A stretch of 64,000 bases of DNA from Rhynchobatus australiae (lineage: Eukaryota), in the NCBI GenBank assembly GCA_034780895.1, contig JAUZTB010000065.1:26115150-26179149 (forward strand). Direction: 5' to 3'. The position numbers and the translations under genes are program-made. Positions 40,201-55,200 of this stretch are shown one piece after another. The notes beneath the pieces are model-generated. The model did no database searches, was not told the DNA's origin, and worked only from the letters and a program-made list of their open reading frames with translations. Within the stretch, counting starts at the first letter, position 1. Each line of letters starts with the position of its first letter.

Positions 40201-43200
40201 ACCTACATATGACGCTAAAGAAAGGGCAATTGTGGAGCTACATTTTTAGATATTTGTAGAATTGCAGTGATCAGAGGATTGATTCCATACATCTGCTGGC
40301 AGTGAAGATTTATAGGGAAAAAAACAGGTCATGAATTTCAACAAAAACATTCCAGACAGGACAATTTACATCACAGATGTTTCATTATTTTCAGCGTGAC
40401 GTACTCAGTTTGAATGAGGTGCTAATAATGCAGACTGTCAATCCCAACCTTTAAACCATTTTCTGCCCCTACATTAACAATGTGTGCTGCACACAGTGAA
40501 GTCATTATATGCACAAAAATGTATCAGGGAAATTACTAGTATTCAGGTGAATTTACCAGGTATTGCCTGCTTTAATTTCCCATTGGGTAGGACTTTACCA
40601 CAAAATGTGCAAAACAGGATGCCCAATAAAAGGATGCAAACTGATCTTCTCTCATTCAATTTCTATGCTAATCTGTCTCAAGTATTGAGGTAGATATAGA
40701 GGTAAATATTGGGTAAGAGGTAGGGTATCTCTAAAACATAGGACCTTTGTTTGATATTTAATCAGAAAAAGCGGTACCTCTGACACTGCAGCATTCCTTA
40801 AATATTGCACTGAAGAGTTCAACTAGATGAACTCAACCTTCTGAGTCAGTGCTCGCAACTTTGCCCAAGATGACTGCATGTTGTGAATGAGTAAGAGAAA
40901 GAAGTCCAATCCTGTATCCACCTTGGGGTATCTACTGATATGATCCCAGACTTCAAGGACTGATAACATTACCAACTCCCCTTCCCATCTAGTACAACTC
41001 TATTATGTCATTTTCCTAACCCTATAAAATTTGTTTCCAAGCAATCACTAAAAACTATACATCCTCTTTCATTTTACTTCTTAAGCTATGATGGAGAAGG
41101 GCAGATAATGTTGAACATATTATTTTTGAATTTAACTTAAGAGAAAATGCTGGAGATATTCAGGTCAGGCAGTATCTGCAGTGTTTCAGGTCAATGGCCT
41201 TTCATTAGAAGTGGGAAAAGTGAGAAATATAACAAGTTGCAGAGAAATAGGTGAGGGGTGGAAAGAAAACCAATTGTCTGTGATAGGATGTTCGATGTTT
41301 TGTTGACACCAGGGCTGCCAATAAATTAATAAACAAGTGAATATCACCACTGGCCACCAAGATTCAGCAAACCCTGAGATTGACACCAAAATATTTTTGA
41401 TGATACAAACACTTTGGTGTCAGTCCAGGAGACTGAATAACAATTGTAAGTTTGGGGTACATGCATTTAGCAGATGATAAAATCCAAACTTACCAGAAAA
41501 GGATAAAAAGAAAACAAAGCAAAATGCAAGCTGAAATTGTCAAACTCAGCATTAAGTTCAGAAGGCTGTACTGTGCCGAGTCATAAGATAAGGTGCTGCT
41601 CCATGTTCAAGAATTAAAATGACGGATAACCTTCTTCACTGTCTATGATACCACCTAATTTAGTATCATCCCACAAACTTACTAACCATGCCTTGCAAAC
41701 GTACATCCAAATCATTTATATAAATAGCAAACAACAATGATCCCAGCACCGACCACTGTAGCACACCACTGGTTACATGTCTTCAGTCTGAGAAACAACC
41801 TTCAAGCCAGTTATGAATCTAATTAGCTATCTCTCTCCACATCCCATGNNNNNNNNNNNNNNNNNNNNNNNNNNNNNNNNNNNNNNNNNNNNNNNNNNNN
41901 NNNNNNNNNNNNNNNNNNNNNNNNNNNNNNNNNNNNNNNNNNNNNNNNCTCTCCACATCCCATGCAATCTAAAGCTATACATTGGAACTGCTGGGCTCCA
42001 AGTATAGTTTGCTTACAGTACCTATTTTGATCCAAATAAGTTTCATAAGGAGCAACAGCAAGACAGTGCATCTTACTTAAGCACCTTACTGACCTCTCAA
42101 TAACCCAACATGAACACACAGCTCCATGACAGAAATGGACTGAAACACCAAATGGTGACAAACACCATTATGGCTCCTCAATGAAGTAGTAAAGGCAGTT
42201 AGTGAGAAAGTCATTTTCACGTCAAAATAATAAAATAAAATAAACAGAGTGGAGCTGAGAATCAAGTCAACAGACAAATTAGACTGAATTTTGTAAAGCA
42301 ACATTTCAGCTAGCCATTTTCATTTACACTTACTCTCCCTCACATACACCTTTTTAGACATTCAAAAATAATTTACCCACCTAACCTAATTTAGCCCTTT
42401 AAGCAGACATTAATTGGTGCAAGAGATATCAGTATTTTAAGACAATGCATGGAGCATTTTTCAGTGAATCAGAAATCACCATGACATGAATAAATTCAAG
42501 TATTAGTCAACATTACAAAAATACATATTACTAGGAATCACTTTACCATAGAACAAAAAACAAGCTGTTGGAGGAAGTCAGTGGGTCAACCACCCCCACA
42601 CCATACTTGCCATCTGCCCTTTAGAGTCAGTTCTGATATAGGGTCTCAACCCAAAACATCAACTTTGATTTTGCCTCCACACTTGCTGCCTGACCCACTG
42701 AGTTCCTTGGAGGTTGTTTTTTTTAAACTCCAGATTTCAGCATCTGCAGTGTCATATCTGCATTTTACAACAGAACAAACTGAGAACAGCTGCTACAGGA
42801 AAATTTTCCAAATTATGCAAGTTTTTATGTAAATGCGCTGAGGAAGACTTCTGTTGTCTTCATCGTCAAGGTTAAACTATAATTTACTGTTAAAATCTCA
42901 CAGGTGCCCAATTCAGATTTTAAATCATATTGTTTATGATCCTAGCTATTATAAGCTTGTAAAAATACACTGCCTAAAAACACCAGGATAAGATTTGAGA
43001 AAATTATAGTGAGAGGAAATAAAGAAGCCATACCAAAAAAATAAACCACTGGATATGTTCTTCAGTCATTAAATACCAGAAAACATAAGAAAGCACATCT
43101 TTCATATTAGTCTTACCTGCCCTGGTAGATGGTTGCTGTGGAATCAATATTATTTAAGATGGAAGAGGAAGAGAAAGATAATGGCATTTCAGCTGGGTTG

Positions 43201-46200
43201 CTGACCAACAGCAGGAGGTAAAAATGTTGCTGTAGTAACAGCTATGACTGAGGTGGTGATGGGAATGACAGAAATGGAGGAACTGTTGACGTCATCTTTT
43301 CATTTACCAAGTGAGGCACTGGAAACAATCGATATACAAAAGTGGGTAATGATATAAACTATACTATTTATGGACTTGCATTTCACTTGTTACTTATCAC
43401 TTTGCCCTCAATTTTCCCCTTAGCAAACTCTAAATCCTCAACACCCAAAGCTTACTTCCTACATCTAATTCTCTTTTTTGGAAAGCACAACGAAGGGGTA
43501 GTCCAAGAACCATTTGTTTCCTGGCTGAAAAGCTAGAAGACGGTAAGTTAGCAAGCAAGCTTGACAGATTTTCCCATCCCTCTGTCATTGACTATATGAC
43601 AAATTTTAAGGCTTGACTTTTGAACACAGCCGAGTTGATTAGCTTAAACACTCGAGCAGAATTCCTGGCTTCTTGTTGTAAGTACCAGAGCGTAAAGCAT
43701 TTCCAGTTACGTGAGAACATAATTAGTTATTTATAGTAAATTTCATAGAAGAAAATGACTAGATAGACTCCATTATGAATATTTATTTCACAAAAAAGTG
43801 TCACCAGATAGATGCCCTTTCACAAAAATGCAGTTCTTCAGAATGGTCACAGAAACTGGANNNNCCGCTCCAAACACTCCAAATATTATCCCTCAGTGAT
43901 AATAAATGTAAGTGGTAAAGTAGATTTTGTCAAACTTATTATTTTTGAGCATAAATTTTATTTCAGTACAAAATTAATTGCTTAAGGGGGCTTGTTCTGA
44001 ATTCAATACAGAGCACTTCAATAACTGCTCAGCAATTTTATTCAGTAAATCATTAAGATCTGAAAATTCCAAGTTTTGACAGCTGTGCTCAGTTTGATCT
44101 TAAGTATGATTGCAATAGTGGAAATATTTTTCAGATTCTCCCTCCTGGATGCCATCAATTTTTTTGACAATGTTTTAACACTGTAAAACAAATTTTTAAA
44201 AACTGCCTGAAATACAAAACTAAAGAACTAGTTAAAGTATAAGATTCAAATATTCAACAATATTTGCTTATTGAAGTTTATGGATGAACACTAATGATAC
44301 TAGTTTAAAAGAAAGATGTTTGGAGGAGCTAAGGGCTAAAATGGTAAAGAAATGACTTAAAGCTAATCTTGTGTTTAAAAACAGCTACTTCAGATGGAGG
44401 CACTCATTACTTCCCCATCCTCCCTTCTAAATACTCCAAGTATGGTCAACGTATCCAATCATGGACTCAACCCCATCTAATATAATGCAATTGGTAACCC
44501 ATTTGTTTAACAATATCATATATTACTTCGTTTTTTTTTAAATTGACCTGCATTAAGATAGCAGCAGTATCATTCCTGTTATTAGCCAACTTCAGATGTT
44601 ATATTGGAACACTCACTCACTGAAAGGACAAGCAATTCAAGAGTTAAAGCACATAACAAAACTCCTCCATTGTCTCAAACTAGCTCATGACACTACATCC
44701 CTACAGAAACTTTAATGGTATTAATGGTATAATCGGGTGGCGCAGGCTCATTGGGCTGGAGGGACCCTTTACCGTGCTATATAAATAAAGTTAAATTTAG
44801 CATTTTAAAATTTCTATCAGCTAATGCATACCCAAGGCTGAATTCTTTTTAAACTTTTTTTTGCTACTAGAGTATAAAAAGACCAATTTATAGAGAGCCA
44901 AGAAAAAAAAATATAGAATCTAGGCCACTTTCAATGTATTTGGCAAAAACCAAGGTTAAAAAATAATCTAAGATACAAAATTTATCAACTGAATTGTAGA
45001 ATCACAATTTTGATAAAATAACTGATTAAAAATGGACTTTGCATATCATGTTGTACTTAATCTGCATATAAATTGTTGTTCTTGCTCACCTTCGCTGATA
45101 CAAAGGCGTTGTGTTAGCAGTTGATACATTTACAGACATGCCACCTTCACTTCCCACTTGATTTGCATCTTTTAAGTCATCCCTCCATGGTCGTCTTGTG
45201 TAAGAACCACTGCGNNNCAGGCTAGCTGCAGATTCCCTTTGAATACAATAAAAGTAATCCAATTTAAGTTACAATGTGTATCTAACACTACCACTGGGTA
45301 AATAAAACTGGACAAAGTAATAGTAACATATGCCTGGCACTTAGCAAAAACTTCAAAAATTTCTATTTTATCCTCTTCCTTCCTGAAAAGAAAGACTTAA
45401 ATGTTCAAACAAACAATAGTCTGTTGCTAACTAGCAAAGTTGCATATTGTGCAAATTATACTCCCAAACTACAAGCAAAGCTAGTATCAAAGCTATTATC
45501 TTAAAGTACAGTGAAAGCATTCTAATTTTGGGAGATTACATATAAAAATGGGGAAACAAAGGCACTCCCATACTTTATTAACACTGGACACTTGTCTAGT
45601 TTGGAGCCAGACTGCCTGACTTGACCCAGACAATGTACTGGGTTCAGGTGAGATTGTACACATTTTCTAGTAAAGTACTTAGGTTTGGGTCAGGTCAGGC
45701 TGGGCCATGCCAGCCCAGCTCAGTAATCTACCAAGATCAGGGCGACTTTCTTACTATTACCACATTATTCTTGATCAATAGCACAGTATCACAGCCCAGC
45801 AAGTCTTTATTTTCCACATTTTTGTAAACATTGGGTCAGATTAAATCAGGTACGAAAGCCATTACAAGTGCACTGGCTGGGGTCAAGTTTGGATTATCTG
45901 TGATCAAATCCAGTTCAGGTTTAATATTATATTCTAGCAAAACTCTATAGTTCAATTAGTAAAATAAAGAGCATTCTTCCTTTCTCCCCCCCTCCCGTCA
46001 GGCAGAAGATAAAAAGCTTGAGAGTACATACCACCAAGGAGACAGCTTTATCTCACTGAACAGACCTCTCATGCACTAAAAGACAAATTCTTGATCTCAA
46101 TCTATCTCGTTGTGGCCCTTGCACTTCATTTGTCTACCTGCACTGCATTTTCTCTGCAACTGTAACACTACATTCTGCATTGTTTTCCTTTTTACTACCT

Positions 46201-49200
46201 CGATGTACTTAACTATGGATTAATCTGTCTGGAAGGCATGCAAACTAAAGCTTTTCACTGTATCTTGATGCACATGACAATAATAAACCAATTCCAATTC
46301 TACAATTGAAGAACTTACCTATTTTCTTTTTCTTCAATATCTGATGTGCTATGCAATCTTCTGCCAGGGATTGTTGGTGCAACGTATACAAGTCTAGTTT
46401 TAGTATCTTTGTCCTGAATAATATAAACAAAAAGACGAAGTTATCTCAAGTTGGCAAATGCCTTCAGTGCATTAGTAGCTCCTGTTCACTGCTATGTGAG
46501 AACTCAGTTGTCACATGCAAAGTAAAACAAAGACCATATTATAAATTTTTGTACATTTTAAACTCATCTTGCAATACTTCATGAAACAATGAAATATTTG
46601 GGTTTGCATCCAGACAGAAGCAACTATCCCAATCCTCTCCTCTCCATTTTTCTCATCCAGATGCCAAAATCGATATTGATGAGAATCCAAAGTGGGATTT
46701 TTCTGTGCCTAGCTTGTCTCCCAAAGGAAGGTTAGAGATGAGTAGAAAGCAGGGGTTAGGGTCCAATCTGAATGCCACTTGCAACATTCCCAAAACACAG
46801 GAACAGGGCTTGGTGCAACTGGTATTCAGATTGCTATTGTTAAGCAGCAAGCATGCTTGCATTTACAGCTCTTTTGTGTTATAGTCATGGTAGACTTGGG
46901 GCAGGCCAGTGCCAAATAAACACTAAATACAAATTGGTTGAAGTCACTGAATGTTCAATGCATATTCTCTGCCTGATGCCATGGGAATGCTACAAATATA
47001 GCAGAATCTTTTGGGGTTGAAAAAATGGACTGAAAAAAGAAATACTTAAGAGATTGCTCTCAAGCTATGAAATAATGCTCTTTCATGTTGCAAAAAAATG
47101 CCCAATTTCAGGTTGCAAATAGTAAGACGTCCATCCAAAATCATGCAGGGAATAAGTCATATTGAAGGTCATTTTTAATTTCTCAGTAAATCACCAGCCC
47201 ATCTGCTGAGGTTGCAAATGTAATTTTAGATCAATATTTCATATTACAGAAGAGCCTGACAAGCAATAGCCACCTGAAAATGTAACATTCAAATTGCAGC
47301 ATTACTTTGCAGTTTCTAATAAAGAAACAAATTCCTTAAGCATCCTGCAAAAAAATTGCAATAGATTAGATTATCAAAAATGCACCTTTTCCCGGTTATC
47401 AAATATGGTTGAAAGACGGGGACTTGAAGCTGACCGGATGATCCCAAAGGAGTCCTTTTCTTTCAATGTTTGGGAACTGCTGATTTCAGTCAGTGCATCA
47501 TGGCTCCCGGTTTTCCTCAACCCCAGTCTCCAGGAAGCTGGAGATTCATCCTTTCCTTCTTCATCTTTGCTAGCAGATTTAATGAAAGGGCTAATAATCT
47601 GTAACAAGATAAATGCTAATTATACAAATTTTACAAATCAATTTTTTTTGTTTTACACATCAAATCCAGCTATAGTTCATGGCTAATTTTGTTCTTCTGA
47701 TTTTACTTTTCTTAATCTTGACACAATATGCAACCTATATTAAAATATCTTAAAGAAAATGTCACAAGCAGTCAGCTTCAACTATCATAAAAATAAATTC
47801 TGAAGCCACAATTGTAAAGCACAATATATTCAAATTCTTCAAATTTTATCAAATCAGGCTCATAAGACATTTTCATCTCAAGTTTACTTACCAAGGTCAA
47901 ACAATTAAAAGTGCAACATCTAGGAGATCAGAAAAGAGCTTTTAGCTCATCCAACGTCTTTGCTTCATTTGCATGGTGCTCTCAAATTCCTACATAACCT
48001 AACCCAACTACAATACCTTTTAACTCACTGCTTTCAGATTCATATTTCACAGAGATCACCCTAAATTTGGATTATCTATTGAACTGTAATAATTGTTTCC
48101 AAACTCTTACAGGTTATGCACAGCCTTAACATTTTTCCCCTAAAATAAATTATTCACCAATAGCACAAAATGTCACTTTTTGTTCTGAGCCAATGCCTCA
48201 TCAAAAATGGCGAAAAAATAAAAAAATTGTCAACTATCACTAATCTATGATATGAAATAACAAGACATTTTTAAATTTACAGGAAAAACATGGAGGAGAA
48301 ATAAATGAGACAGCAAGGTGCCAAGTTATCAAGGAGGGCCTGAACAAGTCATTTTTTTCAAGTTAACTGTAATTTTCTAATAGAATTCACAAAGAAGTTT
48401 TTATGATTGTGCAAGACACCAGTGATGATTTTCAAAATCTCAGACAATACCCTAAGGACGAGATGACTTGCAGGTTATGAAGTGGCTGAAGAGGCCAAAC
48501 AGGATGCATAGACTCTGCCACAGGTGGGGCCGGAGGTGCTTGATGGGGCAGGCAGGTAGGTTGGTCATAAGGGGAGTGGTACACTCCTTTTCCTTTTTCA
48601 CTGGGCTTCCATGTGCTCCCCTAGGAACAAAAGGTTCTCAATACCATTCCTGATCCACCTGTTTCACAGATTCCCATGAGTTGGCTATATAGTTATACTT
48701 TCTCAAGGAATCCTAGAGATCATTCAAGCATTTCTTCTTTCCTAGTAATTTCCTGCTCTGCTGAAGGTCAGAGTAGAATACCTGTTTTAGAACTCTGATG
48801 TCAGATATGGGAAAACTATGACCATCCATTGGAGATGCCAGACTGCGATTAGAGCCTCAGTGCTGGGGATACTGGTGTGGGAGACGACACTGATATTAAT
48901 TTACTTATCCTATTAATAGGTCACGGGATTTTAGAGAGATAACTTTAGTGGCATCTCCCCAGTGCTTTGACGTACCCACTGTAGACTGCTCGTTATTTTT
49001 TTTTAAAAATAACATTTCCAAGATTTACACAATTGTTTACTAATGCTTGATTTTAAATACAAAACATTCTTCCGCTTCAAGAAAGTAACAGCTCTTTCAA
49101 AAAATCAATTGGAATCAGCTTCAAATGGAATACTCTAAGGGCATACCCAAGAAATTTGGACTACTTTGGTTAACAGGACTTTTGAGAACCTGGCAAAAAA

Positions 49201-52200
49201 ATATTGTCCACTAGAGTCAAAACTCAGTTCCTGTTAGTGGGAAGAGTTTAAAAAAAACTAAAATTTTCAGACTCAAGCCAGAGGAAAAAAAAATGCTGAA
49301 AAGGCAGCTTTAANNNNNNNNNNNNNNNNNCACCACATAAAAGCTCCTTTGTTAAAATAAGAAGCCTATTTAACTATTAGATAATTAAGCCATCTAATTT
49401 TTTTTGAAGTATAAAAATATGCTTTAATCTTTTCTGACACTCCAGTATAAACTCCAAGATGTAATGATGCACACTTGTTATAGTTCTAGAGAATTACTGA
49501 GACTGAGAGCACATAGAAACTGTATTAACATTGTACCACAATCATTGTTGGGATTTTGTTTAGTGAAATTAAATGCTAATTTATCCCTTCTGATTTGCTC
49601 TCTGCTGCATCTCTTCAAATATATGGAATTCATTCAAATACAACGATGAAAAGGTCACAGCAATGTCATAATTAATCACATTGTTCATAATCCATTCCAC
49701 CCCAAACTGAGTTTAAGCTCCACCTTCACCTCAAAAATAGTCTGTTTTTCACTTGGATTAACACACTCCACTTTCAATCTTTCTTCAGCTTATGCCAACA
49801 TCTGTGCAAGCATGGACAATTTTTAATGCTTTGCTCCCTAGTGCATTCATAAATAAATCCATTCCAATATCCATGACCATTATCTTCATGAAAAAAATCT
49901 TCCAAATCACTCAACTATTCCCTTTGTTACACAAAGTACCAGAGGAATAAGTAGTACCATAACTGTATTTTACCTTTCTTGTTGTAGTTGGAGCTGTGTA
50001 TCGAGTGGACTGCCCCGTTGTGGATAGGTGAGAGATACTGCTGTTCAATTTGCTGTTTATACTGTNNNNNNNNNCTTATGATTTAATAAATGTTCACAAA
50101 AGCACTGTTAAAATTATTTTGAAAATAGTCCACTCTGAGAAATAATTGATCTTACAATTTCGAACTTTGCAAACATGAATTGAGTTAACAGAAAAAATAT
50201 CAGTACAGCTTTACAACCTCCACATTCCTTTCTGAAATGAATGAAAATTCAGAAGCTTCATGAATTTGGTTCTTCGATTAAAAAAAGCAGATTAGCTCAA
50301 ACACAAAGATGGAATATAAAATAAATTGCAAATATCTGTCCTAAAGTAACTTAAATCATATTAACATTTTCTCAGCATTCAGTTACTGATCCCATCCCTC
50401 TTCAACACAAAACATTACACTTCATTGTACTGCAGACTTGCTCATAGGCTACTTAAACCAATATCCAAGTGTCTATCTAGGTTAGATTACTTTCAATGCT
50501 CTTCTGCTGGCCTCCAAACCTTCATCAACTTCAACTCATCCAAAACCACTTTCCAAATCAGGTACCCAGCTGCAAAAATAACTACAAGAACTGGTCTTAC
50601 ACACAATAAGGGAGCAGTGTGCTTGTTGTGATAACCCTCACTTTCAACAACTGGCAGGAAAGTTTCCCACGAGATAGGAGGATACATCATACNNNNNNNN
50701 NNNNNNNNNNNNNNNNNNNNNNNNNNNNNNNNNNNNNNNNNNNNNNNNNNNNNNNNNNNNNNNNNNNNNNNNNNNNNNNNNNNNNNNNNNNNNNNNNNNN
50801 NNNNNNNNNNNNNNNNNNNNNNNNNNNNNNNNNNNNNNNNNNNNNNNNNNNNNNNNNNNNNNNNNNNNNNNNNNNNNNNNNNNNNNNNNNNNNNNNNNNN
50901 NNNNNNNNNNNNNNNNNNNNNNNNNNNNNNNNNNNNNNNNNNNNNNNNNNNNNNNNNNNNNNNNNNNNNNNNNNNNNNNNNNNNNNNNNNNNNNNNNNNN
51001 NNNNNNNNNNNNNNNNNNNNNNNNNNNNNNNNNNNNNNNNNNNNNNNNNNNNNNNNNNNNNNNNNNNNNNNNNNNNNNNNNNNNNNNNNNNNNNNNNNNN
51101 NNNNNNNNNNNNNNNNNNNNNNNNNNNNNNNNNNNNNNNNNNNNNNNNNNNNNNNNNNNNNNNNNNNNNNNNNNNNNNNNNNNNNNNNTTTAGCTGTCTA
51201 ACTAATCAAACACTGGGGAATGACATTAGTCTGCCTTTATATCAAGATTTAGACCAGGGAATGCATAAAGATTGACATTATGTTTAAGGACACCAATAAA
51301 TAATCTAGGTTATTAAACTGTTTCACAAGATCCAGACAAATACTCCTCCTCAAATTAAAAATATTCAACTACCTCGCTTTGCTTTTCCAATTAAAAATAT
51401 CAAATGCACTGCCAACAACCACAGATTTGTGATTGACAAGAATGTTATTAACTATAAATTGTTTATTCTATACACCATACTCAAAGACAGAGCAACTGAG
51501 CAGATTTTAAGAATTTAAAAATTTAATTCATAATTTTAATCCCAATTCCATTCTTACTATCATTCTTGCCACCTGGAAATTAAATAATTAACATTGTTCT
51601 AATGTAAACATAATTTATGGGAATAAATTGATGTTTGGCAAAGCTTGATAACCCCCATGTACATGACAAGTATAATTTGTATTTGAAAAACAATATTTAA
51701 AAGGCACCTTATATTTTAGTTGTAATCACGTGTTCAATAAAATGTCATGAATAGTTTTGACTGCTGATGATTGAGACACACCTGGAAATGTTTTAATAAA
51801 ATGAACATCATTCATCACTTAAAAAGCCAATCACAGCCAGTAATATTGCTCTGGCCCTGAGCTCAATGACGCAAGCACAAAGCAAAAAAGTTATCGTTCA
51901 CGATTCACCAACTTGGATCAATTTCTTCCAGCTGTTAAAGACAATCAAGTTGTTAGCTAAATTGAGATATTATATACAGATCTACTAAGTTTTCTCAGTG
52001 CAAAGTAGCGGCAAGTTTAGGGACACCCACACAAATCTCATACATAGAGTCCAAGCTTCACTGGTGACTTCCAGATGCATCCCATGATTGTTGAAAACCC
52101 ATTTATACTTTGGGGAATCTGGACAGATTCTACACTAGGTTGTAGGGATTAAAAGGGTAATGGCAAAACAAGGAAAGAACATTTGTTATTAGTGTTTAAT

Positions 52201-55200
52201 TGTTTTTTAATTATTTACATTTTTGTGTCTTCAATCTCTTAAAAATGATTTTTATAGTATTTATTTTGTTTTTAAACAGTGAAAAATGACAGATTTGACA
52301 GATTAATAACACTCCATAAAATTACTTTTCACAGAGCAGTTAGCTGGTATTTATATTTTATTGTTTTCAACTATAATTTGCCCTAATAAATTCCAATTAT
52401 GTGAGCACATACAATAAAAGTTGCCATTAAGTGAGCCTTCATGTAAAGCTGCTCAGTCCTGCAAAAATACAACTGAATTTGGAACATCAAATTTTAGTAT
52501 TTGTTTCAAACTTCTTGTGTGTTCTTAACACGTTTTCCACTAGTTAAAATTTCATCCACTGTTCAGCTTACCAGCATCTATCTCTGATTCAGAATCGGAG
52601 GCATCATCATCTTCCTCAGAACTGGAGCTGCTAGATTCATCTTTTTTACTCTCCTCATCAACTTTCTCTCGTTCCAGTGATTTACGTTTAGCTTCCTTTT
52701 CTTCTTCAGAAAGTAGACTATCTTTACTGCAACAATAATGACAATTTTCTTTACTTATTCAGATTACTTTAAATGGTTGGTTTTATATCACTACCTTGAG
52801 ATTAACAAGAATACTTAACAGTCAGTATTATAACTATCATTACATAGAGGATAATTTGTTTTGAAATATGGGTTCTGTGGCAACATTGTTCTGCAAAAAG
52901 CTGAACTCCATCAAGGGAGGGACAACAACNNNNNNNNNNNNNNNNNNNCTGCAGATTCAAATGAGCGGAACAATGGATCCAACCAATGCCTTGTCTTCAT
53001 AGTCAGTAGTATTCTGATGCACACTGCATCTGCATCCTTGTAATGACCCTTACTAAATGTTTAATGTCAATTTTATTGTGGAAGTAAAAGCTCAGGGGGG
53101 GAAAAAAAGATACCAAACATTGGTAAATGTGGTATAGATAAACAAGCAATAGATTTAAAACAAAATCCAGAACAGAACAAGATTTTGGTTCAGCCTGACT
53201 GAGGTAAAATATAATCAAACAAGTAATGAAGACCAATTAACCACACCAAAGGCACCCCATGTCAATGGAATCTATAAGCAATTCCAAGAAGTCTGGCGCC
53301 TACTTACAGGTATTACACCAAACAAATTTGCAAAGCTTTTGATCTGGAAAACGTTCTCAATTTTAGCTGAGCCAGATGGTACACCTTGCAGAAGTAGGGT
53401 ATCTTGCATAAACACAGAAGACCTCTTCTCATCGTCTCAAGCAGGTGCAACCAGAAAGGTTATAAAAATACTCAGTGAATTATGCAAAGCCAATAAAATT
53501 TCTTCAATGGGATTCAAGAAAATGTTGATTTACAGAATGTGTATTATGGTTGATTATATCAAGAGGTGAACAAGCTGCATCGCTATGCCATTGTTTTGTC
53601 AGCTTTCTCAGTCTCACCTATACAAACAAACCCTCACAGGTCCTGAAATTGTATAAACCTACTCTAATGTCCAGTTACTGCTAAGACTTTGATCACCAGA
53701 GAGCAATTAGTATCACATGTAAGTTACAGGCTTTCGGTGACCTTTCCCATAAGGAGTCCCAGCACAAGAAATATGGCCGTAGAGCTGAATATCAAATTAC
53801 ATGGGAACATAACTGAGGTTTATAAGACACTGTTCTCAATTAGATACGACCTAATTGAGACATGCTCTCATTTCAACCTTTCTGAAGTTGAGCAAAACCA
53901 CAGTGTAAAATAGTAGGGAATTATAAATCTGTTTTGTATTAGATGGCAAGGGAATGTTCACATTAAAAGATATCCACACAAATAGTTTTTGATTAGTTTC
54001 AACTTCAAATATCAAATCAAAAAGTTAGCAAACTGGGAGCCTCAATCTAACCAAAATAGTCTTGTGGTTGGACGAGTGGCAAGGAAACAAAAGAGGTCCT
54101 AAACCATTTTCAGAATTGGGCCTCTTTTGAACACCTCTGGCAAGTTACAACTACCAAGCAACCATCACTTGAGCAAGCCAATTGCGGGAGGGTAAGCAGA
54201 GTTATCGAATCAGGATCATTAGCATGGAAACAGGACAATTCAGATGTTGAATGTACATACAAAGGAGGGGATTAAACAATTATAAAAAAAGGGGAAAAGA
54301 AAACAGCTGAGAACTGGATTGAAGAGATTCTTTTATGAATCTCCTGCTTGGCCCAGCAAAATTATTCCCACTACATAAAAAAGGGATGAAAGGAGAGCAC
54401 TCCATACAACTGTGGTCTGCACGTCTCATCACCATGCCTCAAGCATTCTCAGATCAGAAGAGTTACCATAAAGTGTACCAGACAGCTCCTCTGTTTCAAT
54501 TTGGCAGAGGTACTGCCTTGACATGCAGATGGCGTTCACTTTGTTTTCAGGCAAGAAACCGGCAAGAGATTAGAAAAAATTACCTCATGCTTATTGGGTT
54601 TATTCCACCCAATACAAGTAAACTATTAAACTTTTCCATTGTGAGGAGTAATGTAACGAGGTTAATAGGAAACTTGTGCATTGTGTAATTTTTTTAATAT
54701 CAATCAAGACTAAAATGTACAATTCCAAGCTGGAAGAACAGTCAGTAAGTTTATACTAAGCCACTAATGTCAAATTTGTCATTAAAAGTTTAAAAAGCCT
54801 GGTATAAATGCAGGCAACATTTTGATGATTAACATTTGCTTCAATAAATTTCCACCTCCAGGAATTCAGGTATAACAAAAACTATAGGAAGTCTTCCAAA
54901 AGCTATAGATATAATGGAAATCCAACATTAAATTGATGCAGACTTTCAAAAATCTCAAAAGGCAAAAGATAACTGATAGTTGCTCACAGAAAATGGAGCA
55001 ATTGCCATTGTTTCAAGTACCTCAAATGCTTGGGTTGCAGTTTGCAATTTACAGTTGATTCAATAAGTGTTGATCTCACAGCTCGTTTCTCAGTGCGAAG
55101 CTATTAAAAAAAATACAAATTACAGCATCAGATATATTATGGACCACAAATTCAAACCAATTTTAAATTCTGTAAACAAGCACCAAAAATCAGTTAAGTG

